The notes under the pieces: model-generated
The model's input: the letters and a program-made list of their open reading frames with translations, nothing else
What the model was told of the DNA's origin: nothing
Databases searched by the model: none
From: an uncultured Acidobacteriaceae bacterium
Lineage (GTDB): Bacteria > Acidobacteriota > Terriglobia > Terriglobales > Acidobacteriaceae
Reading direction: 5' to 3'
Length of the DNA stretch: 64,000 nucleotides
Assembly: GCA_963796615.1 (NCBI GenBank)
Contig: CAWCMJ010000019.1
Location: 194,486 to 258,485 of the forward strand
Shown: positions 16,575-26,191 of the stretch, one piece after another
Layout of the letters: the number at the start of each line of letters is the position of its first letter
Position numbering within the stretch: the first letter of the stretch is position 1
Program-made: the position numbers and the translations under genes

Positions 16575-16725
16575 CCTTACAATTCAATATTTTACCTATA
16601 ACTCGTTTGCCTGCACGAATTTGCACGGGAATCCGTGCATCTCCCTGAAAACGAGGAATTTACAGATAGGGGGGAGGGGGGTATTCGTGTCACAACATGA
16701 TTTTCCCAATATGGAAGGGACACCT
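16575..16725 (+). repeat. Dispersed noncoding repeat, copy A (G-rich core)
   Basis: About 65-70% identical by eye to the reverse complement of 61590-61775. Shared blocks: ACGAATTTGC(A/G)CGG, (C/A)TGAAAACGAGGAA(T/C)TT(A)CAG, G-rich GGGGGGAGGGGGGGTA / GGAGGGAGGGGGAGGGGGGTA, and TTCCCAA(T/A)ATGGAA. The indels are not multiples of 3. Confidence 0.65.
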
Positions 16726-16764
16726 TTCGGCGTCCCTTGGCTGAAGTTCAACTGCGTCTAAGCG

Positions 16765-17364
16765 CTACGGCACTTCGATGAGCTCGATTTTGCCGTCTTT
16801 GCGACGGTGGAGGACTTTGACGCGGCCCTTGCCGTCGCGGAACACGAAGACCTCGCGGTCGCGGAACTCGCACTCCTTCACCGCCTCTTCGATGGTCATG
16901 GGACGCATGGCGATGGAGTCGGACGACTTGACCAGGTGCGCCTCGGTGGTGCGGGCGATGGAAGGAAACTTGTGCACCATGACCGGTACCGCAGTGGCGG
17001 CGTTGGCGCCGACCGCGATCTGCACCTCGGGCTCGGCTTCGACCGGGGCCTTCCAGCTCTTGTCCTTGGCCTTGCGGGTGGTGGCGCGGCGGCGGCCGTT
17101 GCTCTTGAGCGCCTGTGTCTCAATGTGCTCAAGGGCCTGGCCGATCGCCACAACCATGTCGGTGGACTCAGCCAGGCCGACGATTTGGCCGCGGCGCCGC
17201 TTGACCGTGATTTCGGCAATGAAGCGGTGCTTCTCGTTGGTCAGGATGACCTTCGATTTGATGTTCTCGCCCAAAATCTTGGCGAGCTTGCCGAGGCCGT
17301 CCTCGACCTCGTCACGAACGGCGGGAGTGATTTCATACTGACGTGCCAGGTACTCTACGTTCAT
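16765..17364 (-). CDS. hpf: Ribosome hibernation promoting factor (long HPF, sigma-54 modulation protein family)
   Basis: N-terminal YfiA/HPF domain (ITPAVRDEVEDGLGKLAKI..KHRFIAEITV) plus a C-terminal dimerisation domain (PMTIEEAVKECEFRDREVFVFRD). Located downstream of rpoN. Confidence 0.9.
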   Translation of the reverse strand: MNVEYLARQYEITPAVRDEVEDGLGKLAKILGENIKSKVILTNEKHRFIAEITVKRRRGQIVGLAESTDMVVAIGQALEHIETQALKSNGRRRATTRKAKDKSWKAPVEAEPEVQIAVGANAATAVPVMVHKFPSIARTTEAHLVKSSDSIAMRPMTIEEAVKECEFRDREVFVFRDGKGRVKVLHRRKDGKIELIEVP

Positions 17365-17500
17365 TGAGCTCCCTTCCGACCACGGCCCGATTGGTTGATG
17401 ATGTTTGGGCCGCGGTGCATTTCACCTCGCCGGCTTCCCAACTGGACGCCATCGGCGCGTAGCAAAAAAGGCGCGCCGAACCGGTGGTCGCCGGATACAG

Positions 17501-19207
17501 CTAATCCTTTACCCTGCGCTGGTGGGTGCTGGGAATGCGCATGTCTTCCCTGTACTTCGCAACCGTGCGGCGAGTGACCTGGATGCCTTGCCTCTGGAGG
17601 ATGAGGGTGATCTGCTCGTCGGTCAACGGGTGGGCGGGATCTTCTTCCTCGATGAGCTTCTTCACGCGGCGCTTGAGGATGAGCAGCGAAGTGCCGCCGC
17701 CCTCGGGGCCGTTGACGCTCTCGGTGAAGAAGTAACGGAGTTCGAAGACGCCTTGCGGAGTGTGCGCGTACTTGTTGGCCACGGCGCGGCTGACGGTCGA
17801 GGGATGCACGCCAATCTCCTCGGCCACTTCCTTGATCATCATGGGCTTGAGATGGTCGATGCCGAGATCGAGGAATTCACGTTGGCGGGCGAGAATGACG
17901 TAGCACACGCGCTGGATGGTCTGCTTGCGCTGCTCGATGTTCTTGATGAGCTGGATGGCCGACTTGTAGCGCTCCTTGACGTAGTTGCGCACGTCTTTTT
18001 CGGCGGCGTCGCGATGCAGCAGGCGACGATAGGCTGGGTTGAGGCGCAATTGCGGGACCTGTTCGTCGTTCATGACGACGATGTAGCTGTCGCCATGCTT
18101 GACGAAAGCGACGTCAGGCTCGATGAGGCGAGTCTCGGCCTTGTTGTAGCGCAGGCCGGGCCGGGGATCGAGGGTGCGGATGAAATCCAGCGCACACGTC
18201 ACGGCTTCGAGCGGGCGTCCCATGGCCTTGGCGATTTCCTTGTAGTTCTTGTTCTGCAGGGCGTGGAGGTGCTGGTCCACCATGACGATGGCGTCGTCGA
18301 TGGCTTCCTGCTCGGCGAGATGATTGCCGTTGCCATTCTTGCGCTCGATGGTCTTGAGGTGGTTGAGCTGGGCCAGCAGACACTCGCGCAGGTCGCGAGC
18401 GCCGACGCCAATGGGGTCGAGCTGACGGACGAGGTCGATGGCCTCGCGCAGGGCGTCGCGGCTGAAGGGCACCCGGGACGGCTCGGTGCGCGGCGGCACC
18501 AGCGAGGGACGCGGGGTCATGGAGGCCGCGGCATCGGCGATGGGGCCGGCCGAGGGCGGAGCGGTTCCGGCAGCGGACGCGGCTACGTCCGCAACCACGG
18601 CGGAAGAATCAGGCGGCATGGGAGCGAGCTCTGCCGGGTGCGAATGAGCGTCGAGGACACTCTGGTCGTAGCCCATCAGTCCCAGGAGCTCGTTCTCGGT
18701 GGCGATGAGGTAGCCGTCGTCGTTGAGGTTTCCGATGACAAGTTCGGCGGCACGGTACACGTCGTCGTTCACATGGAGTGAGCCGAGCTGCCAGAGCAGG
18801 TGGTCGGACAGGGTGGTCGGCTTTGACAGGAAGTTTTCGAACGAAGGCTTTTCGCTGTCCTCCATTTCGATGGAGGTGCGCATGCCGGGGTCAAGGTAGT
18901 CGCGGAAGAAGGATCCGAAATCGATCTCCTCGAAGGGGTCCTTTTCTTCAGCGGTCTTGGGGGGTTCCTCGAGGACGGCGGCGGAGCTGTCGCGCTCCTT
19001 CTGCTCTTCGCGGGCGGAGACATCGTCGAGGAGGGGGACGATATTTTCGAGCTCTTCGAGGACAGGATTTTCGGTGAGTTCGGCGTTGATCATGTCGGCC
19101 AGCTCCAGCTTATTGAGAGCCAGAACGCTGACCATCTGCACCAGCCCAGGCGTCAGAATCTGCTTCTGCGAGAGGCGGATACTCAATTTGGGCTGCAATA
19201 AAACCAT
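17501..19207 (-). CDS. rpoN: RNA polymerase sigma-54 factor
   Basis: N-terminal region I MVLLQPKLSIRLSQKQILTPGLVQMVSVLAL, HTH, and RpoN box RRTVAKYRE. Conserved lptB-rpoN-hpf context. Confidence 0.95.
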   Translation of the reverse strand: MVLLQPKLSIRLSQKQILTPGLVQMVSVLALNKLELADMINAELTENPVLEELENIVPLLDDVSAREEQKERDSSAAVLEEPPKTAEEKDPFEEIDFGSFFRDYLDPGMRTSIEMEDSEKPSFENFLSKPTTLSDHLLWQLGSLHVNDDVYRAAELVIGNLNDDGYLIATENELLGLMGYDQSVLDAHSHPAELAPMPPDSSAVVADVAASAAGTAPPSAGPIADAAASMTPRPSLVPPRTEPSRVPFSRDALREAIDLVRQLDPIGVGARDLRECLLAQLNHLKTIERKNGNGNHLAEQEAIDDAIVMVDQHLHALQNKNYKEIAKAMGRPLEAVTCALDFIRTLDPRPGLRYNKAETRLIEPDVAFVKHGDSYIVVMNDEQVPQLRLNPAYRRLLHRDAAEKDVRNYVKERYKSAIQLIKNIEQRKQTIQRVCYVILARQREFLDLGIDHLKPMMIKEVAEEIGVHPSTVSRAVANKYAHTPQGVFELRYFFTESVNGPEGGGTSLLILKRRVKKLIEEEDPAHPLTDEQITLILQRQGIQVTRRTVAKYREDMRIPSTHQRRVKD

Positions 19208-19343
19208 GACTGCGGAAACCCCTAGGGCCCTGCTCCTCCTGCGAAAATTCTAAACCTAAATTCGGGCGGGCGGACTAAAGCCCGCGGCGGAGACATAAAA
19301 AGAGCGGCTCGCGGCGCGGATGAAGCCGTGCCCTATTAAAAAT

Positions 19344-20072
19344 CTAAATCAGCGAGAAGCTCTCGCCGAGATATACGCGCTTGACGTCCGGATCGTTGCC
19401 GAGCTGCTCGGGTGTGCCAGCGCGGAAAATTCTTCCTTCGTTAATGATGTAGGCGCGATCGGTAACCGAAAGCGTCTCTCGCACATTGTGATCGGTAACC
19501 AGCACTCCAATACCACTCGCTTTCAGCTCGGCGATGATCCGCTGCAGCTCCAGCACCGCGATGGGATCAATCCCAGAGAACGGCTCGTCGAGCAAAATGA
19601 ACGACGGCGAGATGCAGAGGCAACGCGCGATCTCGACGCGACGCCGTTCGCCTCCCGACAGGGCGTAACCCATGTTCTTGCGGATAACGCCCAGACTGAG
19701 CTGGTCGATCAGGCGCTCCTGACGTTCGCGACGCTCGTGCCAGGAGATCGGCTGAGCCTCGAGCACGGCCAGGATGTTGTCTTCCACCGTCAGCTTGCGG
19801 AAGATGGACGGCTCCTGCGGCAGGTAGCTGATACCGAAGTTCCGCGCGCGAAGGTACATAGGAACATCGGTAATGTCCTGGTCGTTGATTACCACTCGGC
19901 CAGTGTCGGTGGGTATAAGACCGACAATGATGTAAAAGCTGGTAGTTTTACCAGCGCCGTTGGGGCCGAGCAGGCCGACCACTTCACCTTGTTTTACGTG
20001 CAAACTGACGCCGTTGACGACTCTACGCCCGCGGTAACTTTTTCCGATCTCGTCAGCCGATAAAGTCTGCAT
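19344..20072 (-). CDS. lptB: LPS export ABC transporter ATP-binding protein LptB
   Basis: [54 protein letters not shown], and near full-length similarity to E. coli LptB. Confidence 0.95.
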   Translation of the reverse strand: MQTLSADEIGKSYRGRRVVNGVSLHVKQGEVVGLLGPNGAGKTTSFYIIVGLIPTDTGRVVINDQDITDVPMYLRARNFGISYLPQEPSIFRKLTVEDNILAVLEAQPISWHERRERQERLIDQLSLGVIRKNMGYALSGGERRRVEIARCLCISPSFILLDEPFSGIDPIAVLELQRIIAELKASGIGVLVTDHNVRETLSVTDRAYIINEGRIFRAGTPEQLGNDPDVKRVYLGESFSLI

Positions 20073-22424
20073 TTACTTCGTGATACGAGCTTTCGTGACG
20101 GTAGGCAACGGAGCCTTACTTTCCACCAGCACCCTATCATCGTGACTATAGAAAGTCAACGAATCGCCCCACACCTGACCGTGTTCGGCATCAAAAATGC
20201 TAGCGTTTCTGCCGGTTAGGAAATACTTGCCGTCGTCGGCGGTGTAAAGGAGGCGGTCACCGACGGCACGACGGCTCGGTTCGGTGGCAACGACGTTGCC
20301 GATAACGATCATGTGATCAATGCGGCTGGGACCTTCCGAGCCGGGAATCAGGGACTTGGCCTGGGCTGAGGTTGTGCCTGGCGAAGGCGATTCGGCCTGC
20401 TTGAGATAAATGTCGATTTGGCGACCGCTGATGGTGCTGGTGGGACTCTTGGCTAATACGTTGCCTGTGTAACGGGCGCGGCGCTCGGAATCAACATAGG
20501 TCATTCTGTCGGCGGTGACATCGACGGGCGTGAGCTTGCCATCGGCGGACTGTTGCACGAAGAGGCTGGAGACGGACTGGGCCGTGTCAGCATGGGCGAC
20601 GATGGTGCGGTTCTGCTGATCGAAGTCGATGATGGGAGCGCGCAACACGTTGGCTCCCTGCCAGAGACGAACGTTACCGGTGTAATGAGCTACACCGGGC
20701 TGCTGCTTCGACGTCATGTGGAGAGCGGTCACGTGAATGGGATCGGAAGCGGCGAGCAAAGCGCCGTTGGACTGGGATTTGAGGTCGCTGTAGGTGGTTT
20801 TGACATTGCCATCGGCAAAGGCCTCGCCAGACTGCCGGTTGAGGCGGAGGACGTCGGCGGTGGTGGTCATGCCACCGTCGATGGCACGCGGCGAGCCGCT
20901 GAGCACGAGGACCTGGTCGGCGGGAGTGTAGGTGGCTTTTTCGGCGAAGATCGATCGACCCCCAGTGTCGGGTTTGCCGGAAGGCTCGTGATACTCAAAA
21001 TTGCCGGTTTGCACCACCTTCTCTGCGCCGCCGTCGGGGGCGAAAGAGATGTCGAGATTTTGCGAGGTGCTGGTCTTGTCGGGCTCGCCGGGAGTGGAGG
21101 AGACGATGTGGGCATCGGGAGAGCCGTGCAGGGCTTGCATGCGGTTATCCAAACCAAACGTCGCGTGGAACTTGCCGGCGGTGGCAACGGTGGTGGAGCT
21201 GGCAGAGCTGAAATCCTGCGCGGATTTCGGGTTTACCTTGGCCGACTTGGGCGCGGGGGGAGTGGGGAAAATGGTGATCTGGGCCTGGCCAACGGTATCG
21301 CCTGTCTTTAACTCGTTGCCGTTCTCGAGCACGAAATTGAGCTGGTCGGCGGCGATTTCCATGGGCTGACCGGGCGAGCCGGACTTGCCCGCCTGGGGTT
21401 CCTGGCGCATCCGGGCGTTCTTCACCATGTGGAAGTATTTGGGCTGGTTGTCGGCCTCGAAATCGAGGATGAAGGTATCGGCCGAGCCGTGACTGAGGTT
21501 GTCGCCACGGGTGGTGTACTTCGCGCCACCGGAGACGATGGCCTGCTGGACGGCGTTATCCGGCCCCATGTTCAGGTCGCCGCGCGGACCGGCGATATCG
21601 ACGATGGTAGGGCCGCGCACTTCGATGTTGACGTTGCCCTCAGCCTGAGCGTGCTGGATGGAGTTGTCGGGCTCGAAGAACATGGTGAGCTTGTCGGTGG
21701 TAAGGGTGCGGTCGGTCTGGTAGATGGCGGCGTCAAAAAGCACGGCCTGACGCGGGTCGTTTTGAATGGTGCCGCCGGAGCCGACAATGTCGGCGGCGTT
21801 GTCACCGGTAGTCACGATGTGAACATCGGACTTGAGCTGGAGCTGATTGGTCTGCGAATCGTAGTCGGCACCTTTGGCAGTGCCGGATGCCTGCAAGGTG
21901 CGAAATTCCACCGTATCGTCAGTGTGGGCCTTGCCGGTCTTCTGGTTGAAGGTGAGGGAACTGGTAACGACGTGAACGGGGTTCTTCAGTTCTTCGGGCG
22001 GAGCCTGATCGGGCTGGGAAGGTCCTTCAGCATAGCCTTGGAGATCGATGTGTACCTCGCCGAGTCCCGCGACATCGCCGCTCTCGGGATCGTAGGTGAA
22101 CTCCTTGCCATAAATCTGGTCGTAGCGGTCATGCGCCTTGCCATAAACCACGATGTGGACGTTCTTGAGGTCGGCCTTGCCTCCCTTCTTGAACTGCACG
22201 GCATTGGAGGCACGAATGGTGTAAATGGTTCGCCCGCCCTCGGATTTGGAGAGCGAGAAACCCTCGCTGGTCTGCTGGATGTCTACGCCCAAAGATTGGG
22301 GAAGGCTGTGGAATTGGGGCCTCACCCGGGACTTGGCAACGTAGTAGGAGATGGTAACGACGCCGACGAGGGCGACCGCCAACCATACCAGCCACTTGCG
22401 CATCTGTGCGACGGATTGGAGCAT
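20073..22424 (-). CDS. Large LptC/LptA (OstA-like) domain protein, membrane anchored (783 aa)
   Basis: N-terminal TM helix (WLVWLAVALVGVVTISYYV) followed by repeated OstA-like beta-jellyroll segments. Its stop abuts the lptB start with a 0-nt gap. Confidence 0.6.
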   Translation of the reverse strand: MLQSVAQMRKWLVWLAVALVGVVTISYYVAKSRVRPQFHSLPQSLGVDIQQTSEGFSLSKSEGGRTIYTIRASNAVQFKKGGKADLKNVHIVVYGKAHDRYDQIYGKEFTYDPESGDVAGLGEVHIDLQGYAEGPSQPDQAPPEELKNPVHVVTSSLTFNQKTGKAHTDDTVEFRTLQASGTAKGADYDSQTNQLQLKSDVHIVTTGDNAADIVGSGGTIQNDPRQAVLFDAAIYQTDRTLTTDKLTMFFEPDNSIQHAQAEGNVNIEVRGPTIVDIAGPRGDLNMGPDNAVQQAIVSGGAKYTTRGDNLSHGSADTFILDFEADNQPKYFHMVKNARMRQEPQAGKSGSPGQPMEIAADQLNFVLENGNELKTGDTVGQAQITIFPTPPAPKSAKVNPKSAQDFSSASSTTVATAGKFHATFGLDNRMQALHGSPDAHIVSSTPGEPDKTSTSQNLDISFAPDGGAEKVVQTGNFEYHEPSGKPDTGGRSIFAEKATYTPADQVLVLSGSPRAIDGGMTTTADVLRLNRQSGEAFADGNVKTTYSDLKSQSNGALLAASDPIHVTALHMTSKQQPGVAHYTGNVRLWQGANVLRAPIIDFDQQNRTIVAHADTAQSVSSLFVQQSADGKLTPVDVTADRMTYVDSERRARYTGNVLAKSPTSTISGRQIDIYLKQAESPSPGTTSAQAKSLIPGSEGPSRIDHMIVIGNVVATEPSRRAVGDRLLYTADDGKYFLTGRNASIFDAEHGQVWGDSLTFYSHDDRVLVESKAPLPTVTKARITK

Positions 22425-22597
22425 TTATGACCGTTTCAGGTTTAACAGGAACTGCGGAAGCGTTTCTTCAGCGGCTAAAGCTGCTTCGTCGCCGACACAC
22501 CGTGTGCACGCCCGCAGGCGTGCTCCAAGCGCGTTCGGTCCACGCTAGCCGTCTGGATTCGATATTACGCTGAGGTTTCGGGGGGGACAAACGAGTG

Positions 22598-23239
22598 CTA
22601 AGCGTGGATGCCGAAGAGGGAGAGGCTGGGCTCGGCGACGCGGACGACGATGGAATCCGAAGGCATGTCATGCAGCGCCTGTCGGCGTTTGGTCCATCCA
22701 GCCATCATGAAGCCGACTGCGGCAGTGAAGAGCGAAAGGAACTTCATAAAATGGCGCACCGTGGCCTGGCCGAAGGAGAGTTGGCCGCCGGAGGAGGTGA
22801 CGACTTGAAGTCCGACGATGCGCTTGCCGACGGTGGCGCGCCAGGAGGAGCTTTCGGCAAAGGCACAGTAGAGCCAGGCGCCAATGGCCAGAACAATGAT
22901 GAAAGCGATTCCAGTGACGTAGCGCGCAGTTATCGGACTCAAGCCGAATCGGGGACTGATGATCCGCATGGTGACATCCATAATGGCAATCACCAGCAAG
23001 GCGACGAGAGCCTCCAGGGCGACGTCAATCGAACCGGCCCAGACGCGCAGCCAAAACCCGGCATACTCAAGAGGACGAGGCTGGAGAACAACCGCGATGG
23101 ACTCGGTATGCGGCAGGACAGAAGACGAGGCCGTGGCTGGGGGGCCCTGAAGCACATCGCCGCAGAAAAGGCAGAACTGGCCGTCAGGCAACAGGGGGTT
23201 GCCACAACTCGGACAGACTGGGTGGACGGCGACCTTCAT
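22598..23239 (-). CDS. RDD family membrane protein with an N-terminal zinc ribbon
   Basis: CPSCGNPLLPDGQFCLFCG zinc ribbon, then YAGFWLRVWAGSIDVALE and TM helices typical of RDD proteins. Confidence 0.7.
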   Translation of the reverse strand: MKVAVHPVCPSCGNPLLPDGQFCLFCGDVLQGPPATASSSVLPHTESIAVVLQPRPLEYAGFWLRVWAGSIDVALEALVALLVIAIMDVTMRIISPRFGLSPITARYVTGIAFIIVLAIGAWLYCAFAESSSWRATVGKRIVGLQVVTSSGGQLSFGQATVRHFMKFLSLFTAAVGFMMAGWTKRRQALHDMPSDSIVVRVAEPSLSLFGIHA

Positions 23240-23300
23240 CGGGCGAATAGTATCGCCTCCTCCCTGTGATGTAAAGGTGGACGGTTTTCAACGACGATTG

Positions 23301-23342
23301 GCTAGTGGATAGTCGGTAGACATTGGTAACTGGTAGCTGGCA
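23301..23342 (+). repeat. Degenerate heptad array (GCTAGTG GATAGTC GGTAGAC ATTGGTA ACTGGTA GCTGGCA)
   Basis: 7-nt periodicity with TAG/GTA recurring. Intergenic, between the recJ stop and the RDD gene start. Confidence 0.5.
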
Positions 23343-23387
23343 GCGAGTTGCAGGAATCGTTAGTGCTTTGTCGAGCGAGGCGGCGAA

Positions 23388-25097
23388 CTATTCAGAGCGG
23401 GTAAAGTCGGCGAGGGTGAGCTGTACGCCACCGAAATCGGGGTGTGTGTTGTAGTCGACGGTGAAAGCGAGGTCGAGGCGGTCTCCGACGACGAGAGACT
23501 GCTGGGCCGCCTTCTCGGCCATGCGCCAGCCGACGACGTCCTGAGGGCGTCCGCCTTGGCCGTTGCTGACGCGGAGCTTGAGGTGGGTTTCCTTCATGAT
23601 GCGCGGCGGCTGCAACAGCTTCAGGCCGCGACAGACGAAGGTGGGCTTGGGATTGCCGGCGCCGAAGGGTTCAAGCTTGACCAGCGACTCCCAGAAGGAC
23701 TGGTTAACGTCGTCGAGGTCAATCTCGCAGTCGTAGTCCAGCACAGGAACAAAGTCCTCCGGCGTGAGGTGCTGGCGTGCATAGGCTTCCAGACGGGAGC
23801 GCAGCTCGGGGAGGCGTTCAACGGGCAACGCGCAGCCGACAGCGTGGGAGTGGCCTCCGTAGCGAGTGAAGAGTTCGCGGCAGGACTCCAGCGCGTCGAG
23901 CAAATGGAAGGCCTCGATGGAGCGGCCGGAGCCGTGGGCTTCGCCGTTCTCGCAGGAGAAGACCAGCGCGGGCCGGTGGTAGCGTTCGACCACACGGGTG
24001 GCGCAGATGCCGATGACGCCGCGATGCCAGCCTTCGCCGGCGACGACGAGAGAGTAGGCGTCTCTCCACTCGGGGGCGGAGTCTATCTGGCGGTAGATGG
24101 CTTCGAGAATTTTCTGCTCGGCAAGCTGGCGGTCGCCATTGAGTTCGCTGAGCTTCATCGCCATCTCGGCGGCGCGGGTGTCGTCTTTTTCGGTGAAGAG
24201 ATCGATGACACGCTCGGCGAGGTCCATGCGTCCGGCGGCATTCAGGCGGGGGGCGACACGAAACGCGATGTCGCCGGCGCTCAGTGGGCGGGAGCCGTCG
24301 AGCTGACAGACCGCCAGCAGGGCGCGCAGGCCGGGATTGCGGGGATCGCGAAGGCCTTGGAGCCCAAGCTTGGCGAAGACGCGGTTCTCGCCGATGAGGG
24401 GAACGGAGTCCGCAATGGTGGCGATGGCGACCATCTTGAGGAATGATGGCAGAAGGCGCTCGCGGCCAGTCGATTCGAGAAGAGCCTGGGCGATCTTGAA
24501 GGCGACGCCGGCTCCGCAGAGCGACTTGCAGGGATACTCGCAGCCGGCTTGATTGGGATTCACTACGGCGAGCGCGTTAGGTACGCCATCGGCGTGGGGC
24601 AGGTGATGGTCGGTAACGATGAGGTCCACACCGCAGTGGGCGGCGGCTTCAGCGGCGGCGAAGGCGCGGATACCGGTGTCCACGCTAATAATGAGGCGGA
24701 TGCCGGCGGCGGCGGCCTGCTCGATGATCTCCTCACGCATGCCGTAGCCTTCGCGGATGCGGTGGGGAACGTGGTACTCGACTTTGCCGCCGCAGAGTTC
24801 GAGCACGGTCTTGAGGATGACGATGGCAGTGGTGCCGTCGACGTCATAGTCGCCATAAATAAAGACGGCCTCGCCGCGCTCGATGGCGGCGCGAAGGCGA
24901 TCCACGGCGGCGCGCAATCCGGACATCAGATAGGGAGAGTGCAGGTAGGCCAGCGACGGGGAGAGAAACTCCTGGGCTTGCTCCGGGGTGGTGATCCCGC
25001 GAGCTGCGAGAAGACGGGCGATAACAGGGGCAAGTGAGGCCTCGCGGGTGAGGCGTTCGATGTCCTGGAGTTGTGAGTCGCGGAGACGCCAGCGCAC
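23388..25097 (-). CDS. recJ: Single-stranded-DNA-specific exonuclease RecJ
   Basis: VFIYGDYDVDGTTA and DLIVTDHH (DHH motifs), a DHHA1 region, and typical length of 569 aa. Confidence 0.95.
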   Translation of the reverse strand: MRWRLRDSQLQDIERLTREASLAPVIARLLAARGITTPEQAQEFLSPSLAYLHSPYLMSGLRAAVDRLRAAIERGEAVFIYGDYDVDGTTAIVILKTVLELCGGKVEYHVPHRIREGYGMREEIIEQAAAAGIRLIISVDTGIRAFAAAEAAAHCGVDLIVTDHHLPHADGVPNALAVVNPNQAGCEYPCKSLCGAGVAFKIAQALLESTGRERLLPSFLKMVAIATIADSVPLIGENRVFAKLGLQGLRDPRNPGLRALLAVCQLDGSRPLSAGDIAFRVAPRLNAAGRMDLAERVIDLFTEKDDTRAAEMAMKLSELNGDRQLAEQKILEAIYRQIDSAPEWRDAYSLVVAGEGWHRGVIGICATRVVERYHRPALVFSCENGEAHGSGRSIEAFHLLDALESCRELFTRYGGHSHAVGCALPVERLPELRSRLEAYARQHLTPEDFVPVLDYDCEIDLDDVNQSFWESLVKLEPFGAGNPKPTFVCRGLKLLQPPRIMKETHLKLRVSNGQGGRPQDVVGWRMAEKAAQQSLVVGDRLDLAFTVDYNTHPDFGGVQLTLADFTRSE

Positions 25098-25099
25098 GT

Positions 25100-25585
25100 T
25101 TAGTGTTCTTCGTCCTGATCTGGGCCGTCAATGGCCATGGTGCCGAAGTCTTCGACAAGGTCGAGCAGGCGCTGATAGCGCTCGTACCACTCGGTGGAGA
25201 CCTCGTAGAGGAACATGATGCCCTGGTGCGGCCAACCGAGCTGCAGGAAGCCGGTCTTGCCGACGAAGCTGCGCAGCCAGCGGGCCTCCTCAATGTCGTC
25301 GTCACTGGGGAACGAGGTCTGCTGCAAACGTTGGACGAGGTAATCCAGTTCGTCGCGCTGGAGAACTTCTTCATCCATGGAAAGGAAAGCGCAGCCGGCT
25401 TTCTTGGCCAGCTCAACAAAATCCTTCCAGCTCTCGGGATTGTCGCGAGGGTCCCACATCACACTGTGGACGTCTTCGGTGACGTAGCCCTGGAAACGGC
25501 TCATGCCGTGACCCAGAATGAAGGCCACCATATCGTCTTTCAGGCTGGAGAGGTCGTCGGTCATAGCGGTATCCGGCAGCGGCAC
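25100..25585 (-). CDS. Hypothetical acidic protein (161 aa)
   Basis: Clean ORF ending 2 nt before the recJ start. No recognisable motif. Confidence 0.55.
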   Translation of the reverse strand: MPLPDTAMTDDLSSLKDDMVAFILGHGMSRFQGYVTEDVHSVMWDPRDNPESWKDFVELAKKAGCAFLSMDEEVLQRDELDYLVQRLQQTSFPSDDDIEEARWLRSFVGKTGFLQLGWPHQGIMFLYEVSTEWYERYQRLLDLVEDFGTMAIDGPDQDEEH

Positions 25586-25776
25586 AGCGCAACCTGGCGC
25601 CGCAGCACCGCTACATCATACTCCGATGAGGACGAGGCGGCACGACCGCGCGGGCGCGGAGGAACGCACCAAATGGCGGCGGTAACGCCGGAGAATGCCG
25701 GGCGGCCTTGACGTAAGCGGCGGGGAGTGATTTCCTAAGGTGTTCGAGTCTCAGGAAAGGCAACGCCCAGTGCCTT

Positions 25777-26160
25777 ATGAGGGAGACACATCTAGCAGAA
25801 GCGGTCTATGAGCAGCTCCGCCACGCGATGGCGGCCGATCCTGCAGGCTTCACCGCGCTTTACCGGGACTACCTGGCTGACGCCCACCAATCACTGCGCC
25901 TGCTGCGGGAGAACGTACAAACCCGTCACATCGAGAACGTAAGGGCCAAGGCCCACTATCTGAGAAGCGGCAGCCTGGTACTGGGCGCTTCGGACGTGGC
26001 GCACGGCGCGGCAGCGTTGGAGGAAGCTGCGATAGCCGGAGATGCGGGCAACTTCGATGCCTTGCTGGAAAGAATAGACATGGCGGTTAGAACGACCCAG
26101 GCAGAGCTGTCGGAACGCCTGGGAAGCAGCGTGCTTCCGGCAGACGAGACGGCAGCGTAA
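25777..26160 (+). CDS. Hpt (histidine phosphotransfer) domain protein
   Basis: AKAHYLRSGSLVLGA matches the HxLKGSSxxxGA phospho-His motif. Sits upstream of a response regulator. Confidence 0.7.
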   Translation: MRETHLAEAVYEQLRHAMAADPAGFTALYRDYLADAHQSLRLLRENVQTRHIENVRAKAHYLRSGSLVLGASDVAHGAAALEEAAIAGDAGNFDALLERIDMAVRTTQAELSERLGSSVLPADETAA

Positions 26161-26191
26161 GCAGTTTGTTTCCGACAATCGAGAAAATAAA

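Noticed and set aside
16718-16742. Hairpin AAGGGAC-ACCTTTCGGC-GTCCCTT as terminator of hpf
   Set aside because: It is a good 7-bp stem, but no U-tract follows on either strand, so I did not call it an intrinsic terminator.
16567-16761. 64-aa ORF within repeat copy A
   Set aside because: The homologous copy B does not preserve the reading frame: the indels are not multiples of 3, and shared blocks fall in different frames. The conservation is therefore at the nucleotide level.
17405-18781. 458-aa plus-strand ORF
   Set aside because: Antisense shadow of rpoN. No recognisable domain and Gly/Ala/Asp/His-rich junk composition.
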